Assembly (NCBI GenBank): GCA_964187785.1
Contig: OZ076409.1
Span: 8,620,001-8,684,000, forward strand
Direction of reading: 5' to 3'
DNA: 64,000 nt
Source of the DNA: Amphiscolops sp. MND2022
Taxonomy: Eukaryota
Positions 47,141-57,499 of this stretch are shown piece after piece (positions within the stretch are counted from its first letter, which is position 1; every line of letters starts with the position of its first letter). The translations under genes were made by a program, and so were the position numbers. The notes under the pieces are model-generated. The model was not told the origin of the DNA. It saw only the letters and a program-made list of their open reading frames with translations, and did not search any database.

Positions 47141-50100
47141 TTATACAAAATCCGTAGGCGACATTGGTTTTTCGGCTTCAGGTGCAGGGTGCATCAAATC
47201 GATTGGCAAGGAAATTTCTCGCCCATGAACAAGAAATTGAGGCGAATATCCGGTTGATTCATGTACAGATGACCGGTAGGCCATCATTACGGAGGGTAAC
47301 TGTTGGGACCAGTTACTTTGTTCAGCGTTCACGCATTTTGCTAGCATGTTCTGGATTGTTCGATTCATTCGCTCGATCACTGCATTAGACTGGGGCCTAA
47401 AAGCAGTTGTTCTTGTTTTGTCAATGTGAAGGCTTGTCATGAGCGTCTGGAACAACTTGGACTCAAAATTACGTCCTTGATCACTATGTATGCTGTAGGG
47501 GCAACCAAATCGACAGATCCAATGTTCGATAAGAGCGGTAGCCGTTGTTGTAGCTTGCTGATCTGGCAAGGGAATTGCTTCATACCATTTTGTGAAATGA
47601 TCCCCGATCAACAGAATTACTTTGTTTCCATTCGAGGCCGGCAATGGGCCCATGAAATCGATTCCAATGTGGTGAAAGGGATAACTAGCTTTCCACTCTA
47701 CAAGGGAATGACGATGTGTTTTGGGAGGATCCGAGCGTCGCTGACATTCGGAACAACGTTTTATGAAAAGCTTGATATCCTCTTTGAAACCAGGCCACCA
47801 AAAACGCTGTCGAACTTTCTCCATCACCTTGGCTAAACCTAGATGTCCACTGGTAGCGGAAGAGTGCAAGTTTGTTAGGATATGTTCTACCAAGGTACGG
47901 GGAACAATTTGCTGTAGGTACGGAAGTTCACTTCCAACTGGTTCATACCGTCGACAAAGAACGTCATTGGCCAGATATAAACTGTGGAATTGATTGTACA
48001 GCTTCCATGCTAACTCGGGACTTCCTTGTAGGTCGTTATTCCGCGGCACACGACCCCTGCGAACCCATTCTTTTACGATCTTCAGGGCCTCGTCCTCATC
48101 TTGAGCATTGCGGACATCAATGTCCGCATGCACTGGTTCATTATCTTTAGCGGTTTCTACGGGTGGGCCTTCGCTCTCAAGTGAAATTGATGGAGGCAAA
48201 TAAATAGTTATACATACATTGGATCCGTCAAAGACTTCTCGGATGAGTCTGCGAACCAAATCCCAGTCAAGTTTATCATTTCCACAGCCTATTTGAGGCA
48301 TACTAATCTTTAGGACGTCGTTCGTTTCAGCATGGCTACGCATGTGTTCCAGAGAAGCTCGAAGTGAAGTATATGTTGGCTTTTGGTAGTAACGTTCCTT
48401 AGTCAGCAAGTGATACAGGAAACGGCCGTCACCAGGTAATGGTTGTACCCAAAGTGGCACAGTTTGCTTTGATAAGTCCTCTGGATACTGTGCTGGGAAC
48501 TTCCTTTTGAATGATCGGGCTATTCCAGAACTCATTTTAAAATCAGCTGAGATACAGTGAGCTAGGGACTCCGAAGAACTGAACAAATCGCCCTTCACCT
48601 CGCGATACTTGACAATGCCTGTTTCTGTAATGACTAGTTCTTCTTGTAGAGGCTTTTCTTGTGGTTGCTCGTGTTCGAGAAGTTCGCCGGTTTTAACTTT
48701 GCTGTGATTATTAGCTTTTTCCTTGAGTTCAATGATAGCTTGGAGTGGTATTGATGCTGTATCTCTAGGCAATAGGTGAATACTGTAGTTAGATTGTGCG
48801 TTGGGCCATTCCTCGTCATTGTTGCAATTCTTCGTCTTTGTTGCACCTGGGACTCCTGTTCGGCATTCTTGCGTTAATTGGACGGATTCAGTTGGTATTC
48901 TGGACAGACTGTCGGCATGTCCGATGGATTTGCCTGGTCTATGTTGCACTTCGTAATCAAAAGCTGCTAGTTTTTCAATCCAACGTGCAATGAGACCGTC
49001 GGGGTCCTTGAAATTGTGTAACCAGCGAAGTGCACTGTGGTCTGTGACAATTTTGAATTTTCTACCGAGTAGGTAATGTCGGAAGTACCGAGTGAAATGG
49101 ACCATTGCGAGAAGTTCTCGTTTCGTCGCTGAGTACTTTGATTGGGATTTGGAGAATGCCTTTGATGCATAGCAAATAGCACGTTCCTGGCCATTTTGTA
49201 CTTGGGCTAGAACGGCTCCCATTGCTAGTTGGCTGGCATCCGTGTAGAGGATGAAAGGATCTTCCATTGTTGGAAAGGCTAAAATTGGTGTTGTGAGGAG
49301 TCGTGCTTTTAGATCTTCAAACGCTTGCTCTGCCTCAGTTGTCCACTTAAAAGGCGAGTTGGTTTCACTCGCTTTATGCAAGGGACGAGCGATTTCAGCG
49401 AAGTTTTTGATGTAACGTCTATAGTAGGAACAAAGGCCCAAGAATGACTTCACCTGGGTCTGGTTAATTGGGACCGGAAACTCTTTAACGGCTGCAATTT
49501 TTGTGGGATCAACTTGAAGGCCTTCTTTGCTGATGACATGGCCCAAGAAGTGGACTTTGGTGCGGAAAAACTCGCATTTTAGGGGGTTTATTTTCAAGTT
49601 GGCTTGTCTAAATCTGCCTAGAACTTCCCTGACTCGTTCTAAGTGTTCCTCCGGGGAAGCGGCAAAGATGATACAATCGTCAAGGTAGGGGACTGTTGTT
49701 TTCCAGATAAGTTTCGCCAAAACGATTTCCATTAAATTTTGGAACGTCGGTGGACTGTTTGTGAGTCCCATCGGCATTACAAGCCATTTGAAGGAACCAA
49801 AAGGTGTGCTGAAAGCAGTATAATCTTGACTTGATTCGTCTAAGGGCAGCTGATAAAATCCCCAACTCATGTCTATAGTGGAAAAGACTGAACTTCCATC
49901 TAGAGTGTCAAAAATTTCTTCAATCGAAGGGATTGGCCAACAAGACTTGATTGTTTGACTATTCAATTGTCTGTAGTCAATGACGAGGCGGAGTTTTCCG
50001 TTTTTCTTCGGGACTAGCATGGCGGGTGCACTGTAAGGGCTGTGACAAGGAGCTATTAACTTCTTGTCCAGGAACGCGTCTAATTTCTCTTGGAGATCCT

Positions 50101-51148
50101 GTTTATAGTGGAGGGGCATTCTGCGATTCGGAATTTTAATCGGCTTTGATCCGGGGTATACGTCTATTTTGTGTGTTGTAGCTTCGCAACGACCAATGTC
50201 CCATTGGTTTTGCGAAAACACATCTTCGAATTCGTAAACAAGTTCTGCGAATTTCTGTTTTATTTTGAATGGAATTTCCGGATCAACTCCATCCACTACA
50301 TTTTTCAAATCGTACGATTCGTCCTTTTCGTCTATTTTAGACTTCAAGCTTTTTGTTTCGGTTACAACGTTTTGTATGGGTAAATCAGGGATTGCTTCTG
50401 AAGTACCCAAAGTTGTTTTCTCATACAAGATCAGTGGCTCTTCTCCAGAATTTTCGATCGTCACCGGGATGTTTTCCTCAGCAAAGTTGAACAAAATACT
50501 TGGTGCCACTGCTTCTTTTGAGCCATCGAACCGTTCGTGCGGCTGGAAAATTGCTACACCCTCATTCAATGGGCGTTTCCAATCCTTGATGTGCGCTGGC
50601 ACAATCATTGTATGTCGTGGTGGTACCGAAACTGTCTCGGACACCACCACCCTGAACACAGTTGTCTTAGCATCTGTGAGCTGACGATGATACAGGGGGA
50701 CTGTCGTCTTTTCATCCAGACGCAGAATATCTTGGGAAAACAACGGGTCGCATTTATGAGTTTTGAGGAAGTCTAAGCCGAGTAGACAGTCAGCTTCTGC
50801 TTGCTCCAGAACGTGAAACGAATGTTCGTAATGTCTCGGACCGATTTGCAAAGGTAGTTGCACAATGCCGCATGTTACTATAGGTTGTTTGTTGGCTGCT
50901 ACTAGCTTCGTGTCTGACGGTTTTAGCTCTAATTTCTTCCCGTTCTTCAATTTCCCAAATGCATCAGAACTCAGGCAAGACACACTTGCTCCACTATCAC
51001 ACACAGCCTCAATCACCGTATTAAAAATGGATAATTGGACGAATACACTTCTGTGATCCACCACAGAGTTAAGAGTCTGAATTTGTGGGCCTCGGTTTGT
51101 GGTCTTGTCTGCGCTCTGACCCGCTAGCGTAGACATTTCTAGTTTAAA
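47141..51148 (-). CDS. pol: Pol polyprotein: protease - RT - RNase H - macrodomain - integrase
   Basis: DSGA protease; LRLVIDYR, MPMGL and YLDD (RT); YTDAS and TDHSAL (RNase H); GDLF...GCGND (macrodomain); HHCC zinc finger and D,D,E integrase core. Confidence 0.95.
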   Translation of the reverse strand, partial: FKLEMSTLAGQSADKTTNRGPQIQTLNSVVDHRSVFVQLSIFNTVIEAVCDSGASVSCLSSDAFGKLKNGKKLELKPSDTKLVAANKQPIVTCGIVQLPLQIGPRHYEHSFHVLEQAEADCLLGLDFLKTHKCDPLFSQDILRLDEKTTVPLYHRQLTDAKTTVFRVVVSETVSVPPRHTMIVPAHIKDWKRPLNEGVAIFQPHERFDGSKEAVAPSILFNFAEENIPVTIENSGEEPLILYEKTTLGTSEAIPDLPIQNVVTETKSLKSKIDEKDESYDLKNVVDGVDPEIPFKIKQKFAELVYEFEDVFSQNQWDIGRCEATTHKIDVYPGSKPIKIPNRRMPLHYKQDLQEKLDAFLDKKLIAPCHSPYSAPAMLVPKKNGKLRLVIDYRQLNSQTIKSCWPIPSIEEIFDTLDGSSVFSTIDMSWGFYQLPLDESSQDYTAFSTPFGSFKWLVMPMGLTNSPPTFQNLMEIVLAKLIWKTTVPYLDDCIIFAASPEEHLERVREVLGRFRQANLKINPLKCEFFRTKVHFLGHVISKEGLQVDPTKIAAVKEFPVPINQTQVKSFLGLCSYYRRYIKNFAEIARPLHKASETNSPFKWTTEAEQAFEDLKARLLTTPILAFPTMEDPFILYTDASQLAMGAVLAQVQNGQERAICYASKAFSKSQSKYSATKRELLAMVHFTRYFRHYLLGRKFKIVTDHSALRWLHNFKDPDGLIARWIEKLAAFDYEVQHRPGKSIGHADSLSRIPTESVQLTQECRTGVPGATKTKNCNNDEEWPNAQSNYSIHLLPRDTASIPLQAIIELKEKANNHSKVKTGELLEHEQPQEKPLQEELVITETGIVKYREVKGDLFSSSESLAHCISADFKMSSGIARSFKRKFPAQYPEDLSKQTVPLWVQPLPGDGRFLYHLLTKERYYQKPTYTSLRASLEHMRSHAETNDVLKISMPQIGCGNDKLDWDLVRRLIREVFDGSNVCITIYLPPSISLESEGPPVETAKDNEPVHADIDVRNAQDEDEALKIVKEWVRRGRVPRNNDLQGSPELAWKLYNQFHSLYLANDVLCRRYEPVGSELPYLQQIVPRTLVEHILTNLHSSATSGHLGLAKVMEKVRQRFWWPGFKEDIKLFIKRCSECQRRSDPPKTHRHSLVEWKASYPFHHIGIDFMGPLPASNGNKVILLIGDHFTKWYEAIPLPDQQATTTATALIEHWICRFGCPYSIHSDQGRNFESKLFQTLMTSLHIDKTRTTAFRPQSNAVIERMNRTIQNMLAKCVNAEQSNWSQQLPSVMMAYRSSVHESTGYSPQFLVHGREISLPIDLMHPAPEAEKPMSPTDFV
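51106..51148 (-). promoter_or_regulatory. -1 programmed ribosomal frameshift signal
   Basis: T TTA AAC in the gag frame directly before TAG, a 6-nt spacer, then stem TGTCTaCGCT/AGCGcAGACA. Confidence 0.8.
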
Positions 51149-52359
51149 TGTTCCCTTTTGGGAGCCTTGCATTCATTCTGGAAATGACCGACTCTCAAAC
51201 AATTGAAACAAGCTTTGCACTCCTTCGTTGTATGATTTTTGCGTGTGCAACGCTCGCACGGCTTCCGATTGTTTTGCGTGTTGTTATTGTTGCCTTGTTT
51301 CTTGGGATGGGGGGAATCTTGGCGATACTGTTGTTTTTGTGTTTTGTCAGATCTGCCTGCGTTATTTGGTCGTTCGCGTCCTTGTGACGACTGAAATCGT
51401 ACTGACTGGCCACTCCGATTGGAATCATTACTCTGCGATCTCGAGTGATCATTTCTGTTTGATGATTTTGTGTCTCGTCGTTGATGGAAATCATTATTGG
51501 ACCGATACGTTGACGACTGAAGTTCAGTTTGTAATGATCGAACAAAATCAGCCATAATTTTGGACGCTGATGGCTCCGCTTCAGAAGAAGTACTAACTCG
51601 GTTAACTGTTTGAGCGGCTTGGGGGTTTCCGTTCTCAATCTCCAGGAACGAATTCAGCTCCATAGCCAAGGACAAAGCATCATCCGCTGTGGCTAGCTTG
51701 GCTTTTCGGAGCTCCCATCGAAGCGTTTTGTCGCTTAACCCTTCAATGAAGCACGTCAGAACTACCGGATCAATCATAGCAGGATGATCCCGATATGCAC
51801 GACGCGCCAGCGTCCGAACGTCACATAGGAAAGATGAAATATCTTGGTTGGGTTGCTGCTTCGCGGCTTTCAATCTTGCTTTCAGAATATCGCCATTAGT
51901 TGTGTAATTCTGGCGGAACGCGTCAACGAGCATATCGAAGTTAGTTTGTTGTGATGGAGACAACGTAGTGTAGAAATGCAAAGCATTTTCTCTCAATCGC
52001 AACGCAAAATAATGTGGTCTGTTATCGTGTGCGTTCGAATACCAGCCTGAGAGAAGTGCTGCTGTGTTAAATTGTTGCAGGTAATCTTCGAAATCACCTT
52101 TTCCTGTGAAAGACTCTGGCATCAGACATGACGGAAGCGGGGCTATGTATGGAACACTTGTTGGGTTTTGTCTACCGCCAGGCAGAGTGAAAAAGGAAGC
52201 TGTTGGGGTTGTACTAGTGTTAGGAGTTGTAGAACCCACGGTAGGTGCTTGTGCTGGTGCTTGGGAGCTACTTGCACCACCACTAGTAACTGGGGTTGTA
52301 GTGGTATTGGTTACCGCTGTCGAGGTGGCCGTTGTGGGGGTGCTTGGTTGAGTGCTCAT
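51139..52359 (-). CDS. gag: Gag (406 aa from the first ATG)
   Basis: PESFTG...F..Y capsid-like region; two CX2CX4HX4C knuckles (CERCTRKNHTTKEC, CFNCLRVGHFQNEC). Confidence 0.9.
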   Translation of the reverse strand: MSTQPSTPTTATSTAVTNTTTTPVTSGGASSSQAPAQAPTVGSTTPNTSTTPTASFFTLPGGRQNPTSVPYIAPLPSCLMPESFTGKGDFEDYLQQFNTAALLSGWYSNAHDNRPHYFALRLRENALHFYTTLSPSQQTNFDMLVDAFRQNYTTNGDILKARLKAAKQQPNQDISSFLCDVRTLARRAYRDHPAMIDPVVLTCFIEGLSDKTLRWELRKAKLATADDALSLAMELNSFLEIENGNPQAAQTVNRVSTSSEAEPSASKIMADFVRSLQTELQSSTYRSNNDFHQRRDTKSSNRNDHSRSQSNDSNRSGQSVRFQSSQGRERPNNAGRSDKTQKQQYRQDSPHPKKQGNNNNTQNNRKPCERCTRKNHTTKECKACFNCLRVGHFQNECKAPKREHLN

Positions 52360-52400
52360 TGTATTTGAACGCTTAAAGTCTACGTTAGGTCTAGAACGTT

Positions 52401-52799
52401 TCACATGCGATCCATTCGCAGCGGACCAAAATTGAGACTAGGTGGTTTGCAGTCGGGATAGACCAAATAGAATGGATTCGTTACGTGTATTGCTAGAAAT
52501 TGAATATGAGAAGCCCAAATATTGGATAATTGAGGGAAAAAGGACGCACAGGAAGCTTTTACACTTGCATTGTTATCAACACGACCATACGGGAAAGTTG
52601 AACAAACGTTTCGATGTTGCCAATTGTGGATAGCCTCAAGACGCAAATGAATCGACAGTTCATGTGCCGTAAAACGACGTTCTGGTTGATGCGATAATGG
52701 AATTTTGAAAAGTTTCACTTGGCAGAAGTAGCAAGGAATAACGAAGTTTTGAGGCGGTGTGTTTGACAAAACGGAAACAGGTATGCTAAAAGTATACAT
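52401..52799 (-). CDS. Pre-gag accessory ORF 2 (132 aa, CYFC and His motifs)
   Basis: ATG-initiated; packed 10 nt after ORF 1 and ending 41 nt before the gag ATG. Confidence 0.5.
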   Translation of the reverse strand: MYTFSIPVSVLSNTPPQNFVIPCYFCQVKLFKIPLSHQPERRFTAHELSIHLRLEAIHNWQHRNVCSTFPYGRVDNNASVKASCASFFPQLSNIWASHIQFLAIHVTNPFYLVYPDCKPPSLNFGPLRMDRM

Positions 52800-52809
52800 T
52801 AGGCCGCTC

Positions 52810-53079
52810 CTACAGAGACGTATAGTCCACTCTTTGGGTTTGAAGTGCTTTACAAGTTATATTTATCTTGTTGATTTCGTACGACATCGCACAAAGGGCT
52901 AAAACGGTCAAGAGAAGCGCAAAACAGAGGATCAAGAGTAGAAAACTTAAAAAACAGGGCGTGAATATCGGTCTTTCACGTGTTTCGCTGTAAGAGGGCG
53001 GAGGACTTGATGGTCGAAGCGGTCGTTGGGGAAAAACGTACAACGGTAGGTGAGAATGCGTATTGTGAGCACAAGGCAT
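52810..53079 (-). CDS. Pre-gag accessory ORF 1 (89 aa, PPxY + single TM helix)
   Basis: ATG-initiated; PPPSY followed by a hydrophobic run of about 22 residues, FLSFLLLILCFALLLTVLALCA. Confidence 0.55.
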   Translation of the reverse strand: MPCAHNTHSHLPLYVFPQRPLRPSSPPPSYSETRERPIFTPCFLSFLLLILCFALLLTVLALCAMSYEINKINITCKALQTQRVDYTSL

Positions 53080-53462
53080 ATCAACAAAAAAATTCGCGGC
53101 GGTTATTAAAATTTAGGTTATCAAAAGAAAACGGAACTATTTTGATAGAAATGTTACAAAAAATTGGCTACTGTTTGTTTTATGACAAGCACTTACCGTG
53201 TAACTTCTTAAAACTTAAGGGCATTGGGTCAAATGTGCCATTTTAAAGCCTGAGACACGCCGAAGCGGAAAGACACAGCATTGAGCTGGAAAACTAGGCA
53301 CGGACCATGTCCGGATTGGGAATCTTATGGGCAACACTGGCGAACCAGGAAATGGCACATTTCAAAAAAATTTTTGGATCGGGTCTAGGACTAAGAATGT
53401 TTTGATGGGGGTTCTAAGTTACTTTAAATTTTTTTTTGTAAAAAAAACTTCTTTTCACAAAT

Positions 53463-53480
53463 ATCCCACTCCTGTCACCA
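53463..53480 (-). other. Primer binding site, probably tRNA-Leu
   Basis: TGGTGACAGGAGTGGGAT, 1 nt from the 5' LTR; resembles the complement of the metazoan tRNA-Leu 3' end (..ATCCCACTCCTGACACCA) with one difference. Confidence 0.8.
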
Positions 53481-53481
53481 T

Positions 53482-54177
53482 TTTAACAATCGCTTTTTAC
53501 TAGATTTCTATTCGTTTCAACTTTCGATGCGCAGGGCGATTGTTGGGGTAAATGGATATATTTTGTTTTTAAAAGTGACTAGTGGATATTTCTAAAAAAA
53601 GAACAAAAAAAAGTCTATAAGAAAATGAAAACTCAATTTTAAAGAACGATATTTACTGACCAAAATTATTAAGTAACAAACAGCAACTTACATTTGGCTT
53701 GATGGATGATGTTATGGCTGTGATAGTTTTCGGTTTCTGAAGATACTTCTGCAGGTGCAAGAAACGAATAAATAATTAATCCTGCACTGGGTAAGAGTGG
53801 GGCTTTTGATGAATGTTAATAAAGGAGCAGCTGAATTGGGCGCATAAAATAATAAGAGCAGCTTTAAATAAGGGGCAGCTGAAATAAGGGGGCGGCTGAA
53901 CAATTGGGAAGCTGAATCAGACTCAACAAAATATTTATTACTGCGAGGCAGCTGGATTTTTAGAAACGACCACAAGGCTTTTTAAAATGCACACTGCCTG
54001 GAACTGCCTGGATAATTGTTTGTAAAATATTTTAAAAAAGTAAAATGTGCACAACAATTGTTACAATGTATATTAAGCAACGCTGTTAATATTTTTCAAT
54101 ATATAGATGTGTATATGTAACGTGTATGAAGTCTCACATGTATTAAAAAATTCATTTCCTGTTTACTGTCCGCTATA
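53482..54177 (-). repeat. 5' LTR
   Basis: Direct repeat of 41435-42130; minus-strand AATAAA at 53934-53939; consensus donor AT|GTAAGT at 53686-53693. Confidence 0.95.
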
Positions 54178-54505
54178 AACATATCATTTGAAATTGGCAT
54201 CGTATTCAACTGAGGATGAAGGTAATGGCTTCACGGTTCAAATCACTCTGCGTGTAAGCGAAACTTTCAGATTTTAAATATGGTATTTTGGGAGAATAAG
54301 AACTTCTTGCTTTCCTTCATTCCAATGTCTTTCAAACTTCCCAACTTAAAATAATCCTTATAGTTCACATGCATTGCAAAATGTACCTTTGTCATCAAAT
54401 GTTTCTTTTATCCAGGTACCATTTCAGCTCTGTTTTGTTCATCATAGAGATAGCGAATATTGTTGTGAATTTAATTTTAGTGATTTATTACCAGGGGGTT
54501 ACGAT

Positions 54506-54927
54506 CAGTGAATTAGGTTTTCCCAAAAAATGCGCTTATCGCTTTTTGCGCTTATGACTGGCACGCTTACGCTTAAGCGGTGCTTTTTGGAAGAAAACGC
54601 TGGGTCAGCGAATTTTGGTTCTGAAAAGCTGCAGTTTTTTGAAAAACATTACGAACTTTTGAAAATTTCGATCGGTTACTTCCTTATCTCAACAAACTAC
54701 CACCACCAGAGACAAATTTTTTTATTGTACTAGTGTCGGGTGAAATTCTCAGTACAAAAAACTTGCCACTGTTAGAGTTGGGCATTTTTTGTAACCAAAA
54801 TAGCTATAATTTCTGACCAATTAGATAAGCGCAAATTTCAGTCGTCGCTTTCGCTGTCGGGGCTTATCCGGATATTACGTCGCTTTCGCTTTTTTTGCGC
54901 TTTGGCTACAAGCGACCTAATTCACTG
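54506..54927. mobile_element. MITE with CAGTGAATTAGGT TIR
   Basis: Perfect 13-bp TIR; TSD not directly adjacent on the left. Confidence 0.6.
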
Positions 54928-55102
54928 CCAGGGGGTCAAAATTAGAAAGGGTACCGTTAGTTTCCAGACAAATAACTGGGAGGTCTTGATTACAGAGAAC
55001 AGAGAGGGGGAGGGGTTAACTGCCAAAGTGTTTAGTTGCCAAACACTATCAAACTTGCTCTCAAGCTTTTAAAAATAATAATGATTGAGATTCAGTGATA
55101 TA

Positions 55103-55570
55103 CAGTACTGTGATTAAGAAATCGTCCCCATGTGACGTTCTCAGCCAATCAAAATTGTTCATTTGGTCTCTCTTTCAATTCTGATTGGCGCATGAAGAGA
55201 AATTCACGTAAATTTAGGAAATTTTACCTTTTGAGCCTGATATTTCGGAAACGGTTGATCATTTTTGAAATCAAAATATATCTATCGATTCAGTAGATTT
55301 TTGGGAGTTAAATGAGCTTAAAATTTGTCAAAAAATCTGTGGATAAAACGGTCAAAAATAAGAAAAACGGCAAAAATTCCCAATTTTGCTGAAAATCAGC
55401 TATTTGTAACTTTCTCAATTTTTGTCTCAGAAATTTTTTTAAAAATACTAATGTAAACTAGATGAAATTCTAAGAAACTTTTATTTCTGATGTTTTTCAA
55501 AATTTCCAACCGATTTTGAGAAAATCGAGCCTAAAAACGTCCGGGGGACATTTCCTTAATCACAGTACTT
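55103..55570. mobile_element. Tc1/mariner-type MITE
   Basis: TIR of about 27 bp, CAGTACTGTGATTAAG...GTCCCC, flanked by TA on both sides. Confidence 0.7.
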
Positions 55571-57499
55571 TATAAGGAGGTTTACTTTCTGGGAAGTCTA
55601 AATTTTTGGATTCTGGCAGTTCTAAAGAGTCCCCCATTTGTTCTTTTTTTTCATAATTGAAAAATTACCGGATAAGTTTGTGTCTTCTGAATCTATGGCA
55701 ATGGTTAGCAAAACGCTAAGTTTAAACATGGAGAAGTTAGTTTATAACTCGCGTCTCATTTTCGTATAAATAGGACAGTAATGCGTTTATATATAATGTA
55801 TCATATTTGTAATATATTTCACCAGCAGTGTGTATGTGTGTAAAAATTTCGAAATGTATATTTAAAAAATAGTTCTGAAATACTTTTGTAATGATTTGTA
55901 ACCATCTAATAGTTAATGTTCTTATGTTTTCTTTTCTACTGAGTTAACAGAGATTTTCTATGACGTGTTGACTTTGAATCAGTGAAATACAGATCAGCAT
56001 TTTTTTCCTTTTCTAAAAATACGTTTTTTTTCTGTGATGTACGTTGCTTTTTGTGGTGTAGTTCACAGCATTACCTCTAATATTTTAGTCGGCGCTCTAT
56101 GAAATAGAGACAATTTCATGCCTAATGCCAAAATTCTACTTTTCTGCAACTTGGCCAACTCATAGGAAGGGTCCTCTCTTTCATTTTTTGACAGAGTTCG
56201 TTGAATTAAAACGAGATTTATGGGTTATTTTCGGCTCTATGAGACTTTTTTGGAAAGTTTTTCAATTTCCCAAAAGGGTCCCCTTGTATTTTTGGATACT
56301 TTCAGTAATAGGCCTTCTTAAGCTCAAAGGGTCCCTCCCCATTATTGTTTTTCGGCACTGTGCGATTGATGTTTTTTCAAAAAAGATTCCTTGAAGTCGT
56401 GAAGTACTTTTGCGCTTTTCTCACTGTGAGGTTGGAAATTGTTCAAAAAGAATTACTTAACCCTAATTAACCTGGTGGTACTTTAAAGCAGCCATTTTTT
56501 CAGTTTCTGATTCCTTTTGCCAGCAGCCCATATTCTCTAGCACATTTTTGTTTCAACCGTTCATTAGTACCTAGACTGATTTGAATGGCACAAGCATAAG
56601 GAAGAGTAATATGTCTCCAAAACTGAGAAAAATGAGTTTTTCGCACAAAAAATTGTTACTTTTTTTTCTAAATTTCAGTTTTTTTTTGGCGAAACCAAAC
56701 CCCTACACTTGCAAAACAAGTTATTACACAACAAGTCTCAATTATATTCTGTTGTTACTATAAGCCCCCGCGCAGCGGCACTACCGGGAAAAGAAACTAA
56801 AATTCTGAAGGAGGGGGTGCGCGGCGACAGGGGCTCACCTGGCCTGAATGAAAGCCCAATACCAGACCTTTCAAACGCGCTATAGTTCATTTCTCTGGTA
56901 CGCGTAGTTGTGGAGATATTAATTATTTAAAATTTTCAATCCGAATTTTTGAATTTTTGCAAAAATGCCCAGGTCCATTAGGGTTAAAGAGTTGAAGTAC
57001 TTTGTGCATTTTGAGTGTTGAACAGAGCGCCGACTTACGAAGTTTCCTTCACGACTTTCCTTTATACACAATCTTTTTGAGTTCAAACGTTTCTTCCGTA
57101 TGCTCGTATTCAAAAGGTTCTATCAGTAAACTGTTGTCTCCAGTTGTCGAAATATCGCGTCGTCTCTCGCTTAGTTTGCATTTTGTTGAATATCGCAAAA
57201 GTTGGTCACATTTTGTTAAATCCTCTGTATTCTTTTAGAGATTCATTTGTCATAGTTCAATTGATTCTTGTTCCTGCATTTATACGGCCTTTTCCTTGCT
57301 ATTCTCAGATTTCAATGAAAATTGAAATCGTTTCAATCTCAAACCACGATTGTTCGAAAATTTTGGTGTAAATTCATCAAGTGTAGTGTAAAAACAATTC
57401 TGCCTTCCATATTTCGAGTTTCATTGGTATACCGTATTTCTTCGAATACAGACCGCGACTTGTAAGTTTTTTCCATAGTGATTTCTCGGCCTGTATTTG

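Larger units (their letters stand above)
41435..54177 (-). mobile_element. Full-length env-bearing Ty3/Gypsy-type LTR retrotransposon / endogenous virus (12,743 bp)
   Basis: Two 696-bp LTRs, TSD AACA (or AACAT), PBS, PPT, gag, pol in PR-RT-RH-IN order, and env. Confidence 0.97.
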
